DNA from: Raillietiella orientalis
Lineage: Eukaryota
Reading direction: 5' to 3'
Length of the DNA: 64,000 nucleotides
NCBI GenBank assembly: GCA_036172245.1
Contig: JAYWIR010000061.1
Span: 124,001 to 188,000, forward strand
The translations under genes and the position numbers were made by a program. Below the pieces are notes generated by a model, which did no database searches, was not told the origin of the DNA, and worked only from the letters and a program-made list of their open reading frames with translations. This document shows positions 13,228 through 25,559 of this stretch, in pieces. Every line of letters starts with the position of its first letter. Positions within the stretch are counted from its first letter, which is position 1.

Positions 13228-13449
13228 CTGCCACTGGTGAAAACCGGAAACCAGATTTCCCTTTTGACTAGCCGGGATTGAAAGTTAATCTTCCGGAGTC
13301 CTTCCAGGACATCAAGGGGCTGGTTCCCTTTGGGGTTTCTTTTCGGTTGAGAATATCCTTCAATGGCCGTGCATATCCGTGTTGGGAACGTCTTGGACCC
13401 CAAGGACGTCAGAAGAGACTCCAATAGCCTCTCTTAGCGGTACGGAGAG

Positions 13450-15600
13450 GGATGAGCTTTGATTTCGAAGTGCATCGTAGGAATCCTTTCTCGATAGGCG
13501 TCTTCTAGGCACTCGTTCTCCGTGCAAGCTTCTCAGGACACTTCTAGCGTGAAACATCCATCACGTCGAACACCTTCAACCGAGGCTATCCCTGGATTCT
13601 GAGTACCTGGTACATTCCAGAAAGAGTCTTCCCGATTCTAAGTGAGCTGCGGCCTTACTGCCGCCAAAAAAAGAGATTCTCCCTTGCTACTGAGGGTCTG
13701 GTCACATTTAGCGAATGCGCTTTTCCTCTTCATTGGAGCATCCATCAGCTGCTAATTCATGTCAGATGTGAATGCTGGGTCTAGACAAAGCAGAGGACCC
13801 ACCTTTATGGGCGGAAGATAAAGAAGCCAATCCAACAGTTGCAGTTTGGGCTTCATTGATTTTCAATCCGTAGGAACGGAATGCACCGGTGGTGCCGTGA
13901 TCGAGAGCGAGAAGATTTGCAGATTGCAAAAAGAATGAGCAGGGAGTTAACGACAGCGTCGAGTACTGCAGCCTTTCGTGATTTCCAAATTTTGCACAGT
14001 TCTTTCCCGTGATTCGTTTGAACTACCGTAGAGCATCCGCCAACGTGTCCTTCGGAACGTTGGATAGGAAGAAGGAACTTTATGAGCTCCAGCTTCCATA
14101 TTCGCAACAGACAGTCTGGAGTCAAGGGACTCATGACCACTGCAAGCCACCATCTCACCAGACATGAAAAAATGGTTCATCGGAACGTGTGTGATCCGAA
14201 CACGAGATCCTCTCCTGCGTTCCATCCAGTTGAGATTTTTCCTCTTTTGCATTCGGCCATCTTGTTGCGTTGCCTTTGTTTTTATGTCTCCTGATTGGCC
14301 CGCAGACCAGTGGCTGCGATGAGGCCGTTGCTCTGCACATGGCAGCTCATTTTGCTGAGAAAGTACGCTGCATGTTCGCTTAGAAACTCAAAATCTCAGT
14401 CCCGAAACAACGTTGCATGCACTCGAGGGTGCTGCTGTTCTCCCGTTTTGTACAGTGCGAAAGCTCCCGAGAAAAGTTCGAGATCTCCGGGAAGTTTTCG
14501 TGGATGAAGAGCGACCATCTCGTAATGAGCGGCACAGCCTCGGTCGACACGGGCACTTTGATACCTCCGTACCAAGAACTTAGCATCATCTCAGCCTTCG
14601 ATAAGAAGGGACGCTGCAGAGTTCCTGCAAAGTCTCAGGGTACCGAGGTCTGCCCGCCGCCAGAGCCGAGGGACCAGCTATCTTTGTCTTTGCTTTGAAG
14701 AGAGAGGGAAGGAAGAAGGAAGGAAGGAAAGGAAAAGGAGTAAGAAGAAGGGTAAAGGAGTAAAGGAAGAGGACGGAAAATCGAAGGTCACGAAGTCCTC
14801 AACACTCCACGCAAGTCTGGCAGGAGTCACTAGCGACTTCGGGGGGCTTCCGACCCCTCAGGGGCAGCAGAAACGATACAAAGGTTTTCAGTCCCAGAGG
14901 TCTCGGGGTCAAAGTGACCGATGGTCCCCGTCGGAGAAACGCTCAAGGTAGAGCGGAAGACCTTGGTTTCCGGGCCGTAGGCGGCTGCGGGGAAGGCACA
15001 AGAGCGGAACTCGCAAACCCTCGCTCCTGAGTCGCCTCGGGGGAAGAAGGGGATGGGGCGGCTCATCTCCACCTCTCCCTTTGGGGAATCCGGGAAAGCA
15101 AAAAGTAAAGCGTGGTGTCTTCCTGACCCCTATCCTGGTTTCCTTCGCTTTCTCTTCTTCGACCGATGTTCCCTGTCGTGCGAAAAGGGGAGGAGAGGGG
15201 TGTTCATGTTGGTGGAGCAGTAGCAATGGCGGCATCTGCCATTTGAACTCTGCGCTTATTCGCCCTGCAGCACTCGATTCGCGCCAAAGATCCACGGATC
15301 GCCTTTTCCGGGATAAGCTTCGAGCTGAAGAGGCATCGACCAGAGGCTGCAAGCGAGGACCACATGGCCACATGTGAAGTCTGCTCGGGGCGCGCGGGCC
15401 CCGAGCAGACTTCCACCGGTAACGATCGTCGCATGCTGACGCTGCTTTGATGACAAGGACGATGGCTTCTTTTTCCTTGGATCCTCGGACCTCGTCTCAG
15501 CTTTCCTGAGAAGGCGGCGGATTCGAAACGGTAGCAGCGAAGGCGCGCGTCTACCCTGCTCAGGGGGGAGCGGCGCGTAGATTATACTACGCTGGGAGCC
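13450..15600 (-). mobile_element. Decayed LINE ORF1/ORF2 5' relic
   Basis: Knuckle-like 'RCRHCYCSTNM' near 15205-15240, a pyrimidine-rich inter-ORF tract (reverse complement of 14700-14770), then a possible APE start. Confidence 0.3.
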
Positions 15601-15619
15601 CATGCGCTCCTGCTCACTG

Positions 15620-16680
15620 TGAGCGATGCTCAAGTTTCTGAGCTTCTTTCTCTCTTTCTACCTTCCTCTTCAACAAGCTCCGCTTGGTGCCCTGCACAAA
15701 GATGTGCACTCAGTTTTCACATCAGAAGACAGGCAGCATCACTCTCTTCGTCCATCATTATTAGTCCACCCTTCAGAGATGCGTACGCATCTCAGAGGCA
15801 AACAAACTTCCTGGTGGTGCCCCATAGGGACTGATCAGCTCAGGGTTTTCCTCTTCGAGTTCATCACCCGAGATCAAGTTCGCTATTACTCTCCAACCAC
15901 ATGCAATCAGCAACACTTTTCCAGGTGGAAGACGGACGCCCAATGGAGCCGTCTGCAGTTGTCATCTCCCTCGTGCAGGTTGCGGTGGAATAGGCCAAAC
16001 TGGGATTTGACATTTGAAGTAGTCTCAGGGCAATTGTCAACAGACTCGATCGTAACCGGTTACAGCACATCCCCATCCCAACGAACTAGTCGTCCCTGCC
16101 CTGTGTCTGGACGCTTCAGTGCTCCTCCTCCATTGGAAACAGGAAGTGTTGCTGCTTCTGCACCGGGGTTTCTGGTGAGATGGGCACTTCCTCCTCGTTT
16201 TCGGGGAGTGTGCATCCCGAACCGTTTCAGATGAGGGTCCAATCGGATCGATTCACGCACCTGCTTTCGGACAGCGGAGCCCTCGACGAACTGTGGCGAA
16301 GGCTAGCTTCATCCTGCGGGAGGGCGCCGTCCATGACTCTCTGCGGCGGTTCTTTGTTTCCGACGGACTCCCTCCCGGCGCAGTGATCGCAGCCGCGCCA
16401 TCGTTACGACCCGTCATGTGCTACAGACGCGGATGCAGCGAAGGGAGGTCACCCACATGGCAGCCTCTCACATGAGGACAGCTGCCAGGTGACCTCACCT
16501 GGAAGAGGAAGTGAGAACTGGGATCTCCAGAATGCAGAGCAGGTTCTAGAAGAAAACAAAGGCCGAAACTAAAGACCCCTGTCCTCATCCCCCTCACTTA
16601 TTTATTCGTTGTTCCTTCTCACCCGTTTTGAACTTTTCCCGGTTTCCTTTTACAAGGAACGGGCGACACTAAAGACAAAG
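15620..16680 (+). mobile_element. L1/Tx1-like 3' end relic
   Basis: 'LLHRGF' near 16150-16170 and 'FTHLLSDSGALDELWRRL' at 16252-16305 (degenerate CCHC finger), followed by a pyrimidine-rich 3' UTR. Confidence 0.55.
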
Positions 16681-16879
16681 GGGGAGGGATGCCCTCCTTC
16701 GTCCCTGCCCTCCTCCTTTTTTTATTTTCCCCATCCATCCGTTCTGAGCTTTTAGAAATGGCCGACCTACGCATCGATGGATCCTCCACTTCAGCTTCTT
16801 TTCGCTTCCCGTTAGGAACCGCGTTCCCCGCTAGCTTGTCCAAGAGGAACATATTCCTTTTGGACAAACGCCCCTGAGT

Positions 16880-17637
16880 GAGCGGGTGGTGAATTTCCTC
16901 CCGTCTCATCCCTGTTCAACGTGGTGAATCCGGCAGCATGGGAGCAAGGGATTCCACGTCAGAAAGGCGTTCCTCGGGAGAAAATGGTGATCCTCGCTCT
17001 TGCGTCTGAATAGCTCAATGCTTTCTCTCCGCGCCCAGAAGACGGCGGCCCTGCTCCTGCACTGGAGACTCGCATGCTCCTGATGGGTGGGGAAGTTCCT
17101 CCGAACTATGGGAGGCATGGGGTGAGGATTCCACTTTTTCTCTTCACACCTTTCTTTCTTCTGGACTGCAGAGCCGTTCTCCCGGGCTGGTGACGTGTGA
17201 CAGGGACCCTCTTCGTCTGGAGGGGCTCCACCAGGACTGCAGTCGCTGTGAGTTTTATGTGGCCTTCCGCCGACCTCCAGTAAGGGCCGTCTCCGAGATC
17301 TCGCTCTGCACCCGGGACATCGAGACAGCTCACCTCACAGCGAGAAGACTGGAGGCGAGAACGGGTGAACCCTAGGGGTTTATTGTCTTCTCGCCCATCG
17401 CCATTTTTATTCATCTTTTGTCCCCTCTCCCTCACACTCCAGTCCCCTTCTTCGGTTCAAGAGCGCCTCAGACATTGTGACTCCTCCCCCCCTCCCGTTT
17501 GATTGCGTCATGCATCATGTAGTGATGCGCATGCGTGTCCATTTCTGACGATCAAGCGCCCCTATGTGACCTTCTTATCCCGGATGAGGAGGTCATATGG
17601 GACCATTGATTTCAAGTAAATAAATAAATCAAAAACA
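16880..17637 (+). mobile_element. L1/Tx1-like 3' end relic with stem-loop and A-rich tail
   Basis: 'LLHWRL' near 17051-17070 and 'FLLDC' near 17155-17169, a 17-bp hairpin at 17563-17599, and tail taaataaataaatcaaaaa. Confidence 0.5.
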
Positions 17638-17649
17638 GAGTCCCACATG

Positions 17650-18700
17650 CATCGCCACGAACCCATAGGGGACAGAACAGAACTAGGGAAGAGTGGAGGG
17701 AGAAGAAGAGAGGGATAGTGAATAAATAAATAAATAGGGAATAGTTTGGATCGGCTTCACGGTATTTCACCTGATTCCTGAGGACTGGGTCAGGTAGGGA
17801 AGGAACGGGCTGGGACTGGATGAGGGGATTCAGGGCTCTCGTGATTCGAGTTCGTCTCCGTGAGGCTGATCCATGTTGTCTCCATGTATCTGTTTACATA
17901 CCGACCCTTCCTCCACAGCCTCTGCTTCCTCCCTAATTCCATCCCCAGTGAGAGTTCGGGCTCATTCGTTCTGGCTGGGACAGGTTCCGCCCCCTTTCTG
18001 ATGGGAAATTTTATTTCCCTATTTGTTGAAACCACGTTCCATAGGGAGAAAGTTGCGGAAACAGTCTCTTCTCTTCGTTCCCTCCGTGAATTCCCCGAGT
18101 TCTCCGAATTTTATTTATCTACTTGCAGGGAATGGCCCAACGAGGGCCCGGGATGAGGAGGTCCATTCGTTCCGATCATCGTCATCAATATTCGATTAAC
18201 ACTGTGCAGCATCCGTCGCAGGCTCCCTTGCAAGACCCGTGTGACCAGGAGAGCCTGAATCGGAACGGATGAGAGAGACTGCTGGAGCACTGAATGGAAC
18301 GCCCTCGCCAGCACACTTGGAGACTGTAATCAAGTGCTTGTCACCGGGAGAGAACAATGGGTGCAACTCTTTCTGATTCGGGTTATGGAAGCTCCGAAAT
18401 TTCCCTGCGACTCCTCCCATCCTGAATAGGGGCTAATGAAGAATCCGCCGCTGCACGCATGCGCGCAGGGACAAGGATGAGTGAACGATCGCAATATTGA
18501 TCCCGGGGAACTGCAGGAGGATCCCCCGTCATGCTTGTCGACGAGATGAGCGCGACAGTTGCTGTATTCGTACCAGAGACACACCTTGGCATCGCTACTT
18601 CGCACCAGCTGTCTCAGCCTCGGACGCGGATCTGGAGCTCTTGGTTCGAACTTCCAGCGGTTGATGACTTCCTCCGTCAATAAAGTAAATAGGAAATGAC
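17650..18700 (-). mobile_element. LINE ORF1 relic with zinc knuckle
   Basis: ORF 18330-18680 ends 'RIRKSCTHCSLP', and the shifted frame continues 'GDKHLITVSKC'. Confidence 0.4.
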
Positions 18701-19879
18701 CTGAGGGCTAGGCATCGAGGTGGTGAAGGAAGGATCGAAGAAATCACGTATGCTCTCACGGAATGACTTCGTCACCCTATCAGCAAGCCCTTTTCCCTTC
18801 AGAGGGCTTTGGGATCGAGTGAAACCCTTTGGAGTAAAGGTTAGATTAGGTGCTAGGCTACTTTAGGTTAGGTGCTGCTAGGTTTCTTCGCACACAGAAG
18901 TCTGGGGTTCTTGCAGCTCTGCAGCCAGCTACTCAGTTATAGGCATCGCGTATTCTATTAGGAGGAGCCACGAGCTACGTGAATCGTCAGATCAAGCTCA
19001 AAAGAATGTCCGCTTCTTCGAGTTTGCCATCCACCCCTTCTCTTGACGCTCTCCTGCCGCGTGTGACCAGGAGCAGCATTCACACGGGGGAGTCGTTGTC
19101 TCGCTCTAGAGGAAGTAGGGCGGAACGGTCCAAACTGGGAAGTGGGATAAAGGGAGGCCTCGAAACAATTGCAGAAGGGCTGTCACCTACCCTGTGACAG
19201 CGGCCTATTCCCTTCCCTCCCATCTCTTTCCGAATAGGGCCCTCCGAAGTTCTGTTCGCCCGTGATACCAGTTTGTCTCACCCATATTTATTCATTTGTT
19301 ATTGCCCTTTCTCTCGTTCCACTCTCCACCCCCTCCCTAGTCCTGTTCCCAGTGAGGTTTGAATGTTTTCGTTTCGGGACGGTGCAAGCTGTGTCCTTTC
19401 TTAATGTACTTTCCTCTACATGGGGAGTGATGAAGAGAAAGTTTCAGCGCCGCCTCCGGCTAGTGCCCACTCTCGATAAAAGATAAGGAGCAGAAAACCT
19501 TGCAAGAACTCATACAGAATCCGAATCCAGACATCTGAATCCAACGAGGTGCTCTCTATCCTTTCATGGACTGAGAACCCTGGCTGATATGGTTGAGGAT
19601 GTTGCCCTCAAAAAGAGCATCAGGAGGCAAGGAAAGAGTGTGTTCGATGTGCACGCGATCCTGCCCAGAGGAGCACAACCTTCATTTCTTCCAGGTTTAG
19701 ATATCTAGAATTTTATCGATCGAGTGCACGGGTTTTTTTTTTCATCCTTCCTATCTTACAGATACGTGAGGTGTATGCTGAACTTCGAAGACACCGATTA
19801 TGCAAGCAAATCTTTCCCATGGTCAGCCTCATGTCTTCTGCTCTTTCTCCTTTTTTTCAAAATACATTATATTTCAATT

Positions 19880-20480
19880 ACATATCGCTGAGTTTTGCGA
19901 CATAACCTTAGAAATTAAGCAAGGCTCATTGGTATCGCACCAAACAAGGCTCGGTTGATGCGCTGCCAATACTCGTGGTTATCTTTCAATGGGTTCATAG
20001 ATGCAAGTGTTCATTCTTCATTTGAGCTGCACATGCATTAATATATGGACAGTAGTCTTGACTGTCTCTCCTCTGTTCGGGCATCTTCATCCTGCATGGC
20101 CGTTCAACCTTGCTGATTTCTTTCACATGTGGTATGGTGGGCATCGTCGACTGGCGACCGAGTCTGCGCGCGTCTAATAAATACCGCAGCTACGTTTAGA
20201 AGCCGGGAAAGCCTTCCGCTGAGTGGAACTGCATCGTGCAGCAGCTCACCTATTTCCTGGAAACTACCTACTATTGACCTGCCAATTCATACACTACTGG
20301 GATCGCAGGTCACAAGGTAAGCAGCGAAAAGGCATGATCGAACGTGCCGACGATAAGGGGCGAAACACCGCTGCACGACCTAAACCACTGCTTGTGGCAC
20401 TCTCTTCTGTTCATACAACGGCATAGTGCTGTTGTGAACCTCACCCTGGAGACAACTCACACGGAAGATGAGAAATGGTC
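19880..20480 (-). pseudogene. SNX9/18/33-like BAR domain relic
   Basis: Minus-strand 'GSFQEIGELLHDAVP' (about 20225-20270; cf. SNX18 'AYDAIGELFAEQP') is followed by 'GRQSTMPTIPHVKEISKVER' (20101-20159; cf. 'GHLANFPDIIHVQKGALTKVKE') and 'YINACAAQMKNEHLH' (cf. 'SYA.LAEMNHFH'). Confidence 0.65.
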
Positions 20481-20569
20481 TCTCGCGGAACAAAAATGCC
20501 AGACGTCGACTCAAAGCACTCCGCTCGGATCTCCTGTTGCTAAGCCGGAGACCGAGCCAGAATTGTGAA

Positions 20570-21450
20570 TGCGGGACTTGTACACGAGGATACCCAGGAT
20601 GCCTTCAAACTGGCTCGAGAGAGCAAAGAGTGTAAACATTGCGGCACTGCTTTCCAGATGTGCTCCAAGGGCAGCACAACGTCAGCGCGTGCTTTCCTCG
20701 TGGAGTGATCTTTTCATCGTCGCCCCCGAGGAGCTCGCGATTCCTTCCTCTGTATTTGGACACTTCCGTGTTCCCCTCAAGCTGCAACAGACTGTTTCGC
20801 TCTTTCTGCTCTGGGGATTTCCGGTGCAATCAGCGCCCTCACCTCGTCCCCGGGGAAGCTCACCCGGAACTGCGCCAGAACTGCGGCGCCCTCCAGGAAC
20901 TGTGGCGGAGGTTGACTTGGGTGCTGCGATGTCGCCCATGACCTGCTGCGGTAGTTCCTCGTGCCCGGACTCTTGGCCAGCTCAGTGTTTGAAGCCGCGC
21001 CAGCGTCACGGCCCGCCATGTGCTCGAGACGCGGAAGGGGCGGAGGGAGGTCACCGTGATGACAGCTGCCTACATGAGGAAGGCCGCAAGGTGCTTTCAC
21101 CTGGAAGAAGAATTCAAGGTGGAGATCGCCGACATCCAGCACCGCCTCGAAAAGGAAGGAACGGCAAAACCGGCAACCCCTGTCCCCACTCACCCCTTAT
21201 TCATTTATTTGTTTGTTTTTTGTTCCCTCTCACATGTTCCGGATTTTTCCCGGTTTTTTTCTTTTCTCAAGAAGAAACGAACCAAAGACCCTTGCCCCTT
21301 CCTTCCTACATTTCCGTATTTATTTGTTGACCTCTTTTTTCCGTTTCCTATTTTTAGATGTCCTGACCTGCGTGTCGGTGGGCCCTCCCTTTGAACTTGC
21401 TTTGTCCTCAGAACCGAATTCCTAGCTGGTTTGACTTCTATGAAATAAAC
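20570..21450 (+). mobile_element. L1/Tx1-like 3' end relic
   Basis: 'FLLWGF/RCNQR..NCGALQELWRRL' region, pyrimidine-rich UTR, ending in gaaataaac (about 21442-21450). Confidence 0.5.
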
Positions 21451-21499
21451 GCTCCGGCTAAGCCGGGTGAAAGATCTTCGTGGAATCTCCTGGATCGCG

Positions 21500-22715
21500 T
21501 GACCAGGTAACCACTAAAGACTTGGAGACCAGGAAGTCCCTGGATGTCACTCAACCGCTCGAGGAGAGCACCTCATCCAACGTGGGGACATCTGCTGGAC
21601 CGCCCGCTTATGCCATGCTCCGGACGATCCAAAGCTCAGCCTGCGATTTGACACACCAGAGGAGATCCGTTCAACAGACGCGAAGACGACGTCTGCAAAC
21701 GGCATTCGTCTTGGCGTCTTTTGAACGGATCGCCCGCAAGCGAATTGCGCACCGACCGGGTTACTGTTCTTAGTGGGGCACTCACCACTCTGCGATGGAG
21801 TGAAGCTAAGCCCTTTTTGTGGAGGATTTGTAAACCGTCGCACCCCCAGCCGTAGCACCGTCTGTCCTGAGGGCAAACAGTGAGGACAGCACTCAACCGG
21901 CGGGATGGGAGTTCCCCTGCAAAGCTGCACGAGTCGAATAACTCCCTGACGGCTCGAAAACGAGTGAATAGGAGCCACTCTTCGTTCCCGTGCAAAGGGA
22001 CTCCTTCGGCGAAGCGGTCTGCTTGGCGTGGCTCGTGAAGAACTCGTAGTTCCTCCCTCGTGTATGGACACCAGGGTGCTCTCGTTGAGCCGGAAACAAG
22101 ATGCCCTGCTGTTCCAGCACCGGGGTTTCCGGAGCAACCAGGGCAGACACCTGGTTTCCAGGATAGTCGCGTACCCGAGCCGTTCCAGGTGCGGGCCGAC
22201 ATCTCCTGCGGTGCGCTCGAGGAACTCCGAAAGAAGGACGCCTCGGGAACCCTCGCAGGCAGGAGGGCATTGCAGTGGACTTGCTGCTGTGACCCTTTCC
22301 TCATACAAGGAAGGCTCGCAGCAGGCGCGGTGATAGCGACGAGATGCTGCATGCGCGCCATCGCCACAGCCTGCCGTGTGATGTTAGATTCGAGCGCAGC
22401 GAGAGGCCACACGCATGGCAGCTGCATTGATGAGAATGGCTGCAAGTCGTGGCCTCGCCACCTCAGAGAAGAAGTTGCCAGAGAGATCACCAGCATACAG
22501 TTTCAGCCCTAGGATGAAAAAAGTGGCTAAAACCGAAGAACCGTTCCCAACCTTTCCTTTTTTTCAATTGTTTACCGCTCCCTCCCTTCTACTCCAGGCT
22601 TCCTTAAAAGTCGGCCTGAGTGCCGATGGTCATTTCCTGCGAGTTTTTTCTTCTAGCTGCTTCCCGGAAATTTCGTTCCCAATGACTTTTACTTTCGTTC
22701 ATTTTAAAATAAACG
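21500..22715 (+). mobile_element. L1/Tx1-like 3' end relic
   Basis: 'HRGFRSNQ..YPSRSRCG' and 'ISCGALEELRKK' (22110-22240), T-rich UTR, and aaaataaa near 22706-22713. Confidence 0.5.
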
Positions 22716-22929
22716 TCACGGGTCACCAGGTGAAAACGCAGCGTAAGTTTACGGACGGGCAGTTCCGGTGCGCCGGCTACAGCACCCGGGGTGGTTCACA
22801 AAGACGCGGAACTGGTCCGAGGTCTGGAATACCATCCTGCGCTGACATCCCCCCTCCCCATCATTTTTTTGCGTGGGCCCCTGAAGCTTGCAAGACGGAT
22901 TCCTTTACTTGCTCTCAATAGATGGCCCT

Positions 22930-25000
22930 GAGCCAGTCACCCCATCGTGGCCCGCGTTGGCGGGCGCACGGCTGCGATCTCCGCGAGTGGCACCAAATGT
23001 TGCGGTAGAAACGGGAAATCCTGCTGTTTCCACACTGGGGTTTCCGGTGCAACCAGGAGGGACGCATGGTTCCGGAGGAGTCGCGTGCCCGAGTTGTTCC
23101 AAGTGTGGGGCGATCCCCACACTCGGAACCGGAGAAGAATCGCCGCCGAGAATGAGGAAGGGGGGGGTGCGTCGTGGGTTTCGAGTTCTCTCTGCAGTAC
23201 GGCGCTGCTTGACCTGTAGGCTTCGGATGAGGAGGCACTGCTTGACATCCGGTCGCGCCGAGGGGTCATTTATAGAATAAGCATACAAGTGTGTGGCAGG
23301 ACGTTTGATCCTGCCACGTTACTTGTGATTACGAGAAGGAACCTGCCGGGAACCGGCACGCACGCCAGCGGGGTTCGCCTCCGTAGCACAAGGGAAGGGG
23401 AGACAAACAAGAAGGAAAAAATAAAACAAAAAACATACAGTCGGAAAAAACGGAGGGGGTTCTGGAAGGGATCACCGGGTGCTGGAGGGTGTCCTCCGCA
23501 TTCTTGTAAGGATGCCGGCCAATTCCTGTTTTATGGTTCCCGTATGGAACTATCTTGACGTTGCCTTCCTGAAGAGAACAGCAAAGTAGATGGCCTCCTC
23601 TGGCAGTGCTGCTCCATGCAGCCCCGGTCTCGCTGCGTGGGCAGCTAAGTGCTGCTGGGGATGCGGGCGGCGTGAGGGCGTCGCGCAGGAAGAGGCGCTT
23701 TACAAAGTCTCGGGAGTTGCCGCCGGGGGCTCCAAGGATCGCGGCAAAGCATTTTCAAAGGGTCCAGAGGGCAACACAGTCCGCTAGGAGGTGCGGGAGG
23801 GATTTCTGCTCCCTGTACCGTGCACAGTTTGGATACACACACACCCGTATCCACAGATGCCGGCGGGCGTTGCACGGGGGGTCCCAGTGCAGCAGCATCA
23901 ATGCTGACTCATGCCAATTCAAGAGAGGGTGCGAGTGTTCATGAGCACTGGGGGCCACTGCAGGTCTTCCTCCTGAATACCAAGTAGCACGCCCAAGCGC
24001 AAAAGTCCATGAGGTCGAGCACTCGGAATCGCGGCGTCAGTGACCTGGCCCGTCGTCCACTCGCCCAGTCCTTCCGGAGATTTCCACAGTGATCTCCCAT
24101 CTAGCCGTAAGGCTGCTGCCCATGTGCTCCCTAAGGAAGGGCAACACGGCAGTGAGGGAGGTGTGGCGCTGGTGGAAGCCGGAAATCCTTGGATTTCCCC
24201 GTTGACTGGCCAAGGTCCTTCCAGGAATCAGGCAGCCGGTTCTGTTCGGGGTTTCCCTTCAGAGTGTGGAGAAGCTCTTTGCTCTCTTCCGAGAGCGGCC
24301 CTCCAGAGAAATTTGGTGAACCTCCCCCTTCGGGGTCCTCGTCAGAGGAGCAAAGATGAGTTCCCTTGCGGGTTCCCTTCAAAAAAGAAATGAAAAATGA
24401 TCCCTCAAATTTCCTTATTCTCTGGGGAGAATAAGGAAGAAGAGGTTCCCTTCGGAGAAATCAGAGCAAGGATTCCCTCCAGGGTTCCCCACCAAGAACT
24501 CTTTTCTCTGGAGCCCTTCCTGGATTCATAGGGAGGTCTCCTTCCCAGGTATCTCTTAACTTGAAGAGTCATCACGCATCCTCGGGTGGCATGGACAGTG
24601 TTAAAGAGCCTCGTGAGCCCCTAGGCGAACGGTTCTTGAGGTACTCAGAGGACCAAAAAGAAAAACCCGAAAACAAAACAAAAAAAGGTGGAAGGAAAGC
24701 AGCGAAGACAGAAAAGAACCCAAAGGGATTTCCATCTCGCCGCCGCTTACCGTCACGGCTTCCGGATCCGTACTTTGGCTATCGGGACCGAACGTCCACC
24801 TCCATCAAACTTCCAGTTTCTTTCCGAACCCGGGAAACTCCTGAACTCCAGCGTCGCCGAAGCGTCCAATAACGGAGCGGTTTCAAGGGTCCCCTCTGCA
24901 GGAGTAAACAGCTGTTGCCTCGCTTGTCGAGGGGCAAATTGCTTTTTGTCAACTCGGGTGATCCTGAAAGCCGTGGCGAAAAGGGGTAATTGATTAGGAT
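22930..25000 (+). pseudogene. SNX9-like repeat 5' part interrupted by Tx1 insertion
   Basis: Head 22940-23242 and body 24163-24690 align with the uninterrupted copies at 26660-27420 and 30025-30780. Confidence 0.55.
23243..24162 (-). mobile_element. 5'-truncated Tx1-like LINE, copy C
   Basis: 23299-24160 is a near-identical reverse complement of 53900-54761, giving the same ORF-track peptides. Flanks are gaggcactgct (23232-23242) and gtggcgctggt (24163-24173). Confidence 0.85.
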
Positions 25001-25559
25001 TGATAAAGAAAGGATTACGTGGCAGAAAATAAATTGCCTTTCTGCATGCCCCCCCGGTCGTAACCGGATTTCCGTCACGCGCGGACCATCGAGCGAGGCG
25101 ATGGGCGCATGCCGCAGGGAAGAGGCGGCCAAGGGTCACGGTGCTCGACACCGAAAAGAAGCTCCATCCGTATATTGTTCCAGCAAGCGCAGCAGCAACA
25201 CTCCCCCTCTTCGCTCAGAGTCGTGGCGTTCTTTTTTTTTTTTTAGGGCTAAGGGGGGTCGGGCTTTGTTTTCCATTCTGATTGGCTTACAGCGCCGGCG
25301 GCGAAATCCGGAAGGAACGAAACCAGCTCCCAGCCCTCTAGGTGGAAGGAACCGTTTCTGGAGTCAACTCGTGATCTTCCGGAATCCTGAGGTTCTGAAA
25401 ATTCCTCCGGATATCCGACAGGGAATGAGATCTTCGCAAACGGCCAAAGATGCAACTCTGTTGCTACTGCGAACGTGGAAACATACCGTCTCTCTCTTTC
25501 GATTTCGCCCATCCCACCCTCCACCTCTCTCACCTCCCCCATCTTGCCTCAGTATTCTT

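Larger units (their letters stand above)
11515..13440 (+). pseudogene. 5' part (head + SH3-like + linker) of SNX9-like repeat, interrupted by two Tx1 insertions
   Basis: Head 11515-11641 aligns with 26690-26801 and 30030-30130. The body resumes at 13228 (ctgccactggtgaaaaccgg) and includes 'RGWFPLGF', an SH3 C-terminal GxFP motif. Confidence 0.55.

Noticed and set aside
20060..20380. Penelope-like motifs ('TIPHVKEIS', 'ADDKG')
   Set aside because: The two motifs are on opposite strands, and the minus-strand peptides fit an SNX9-family BAR domain in order and spacing.
24163..24690. Simple SINE body ending in a poly(A) tail
   Set aside because: The A-rich tract is followed by PX-like peptides in several copies, so it is more likely an internal Lys-rich coding stretch.
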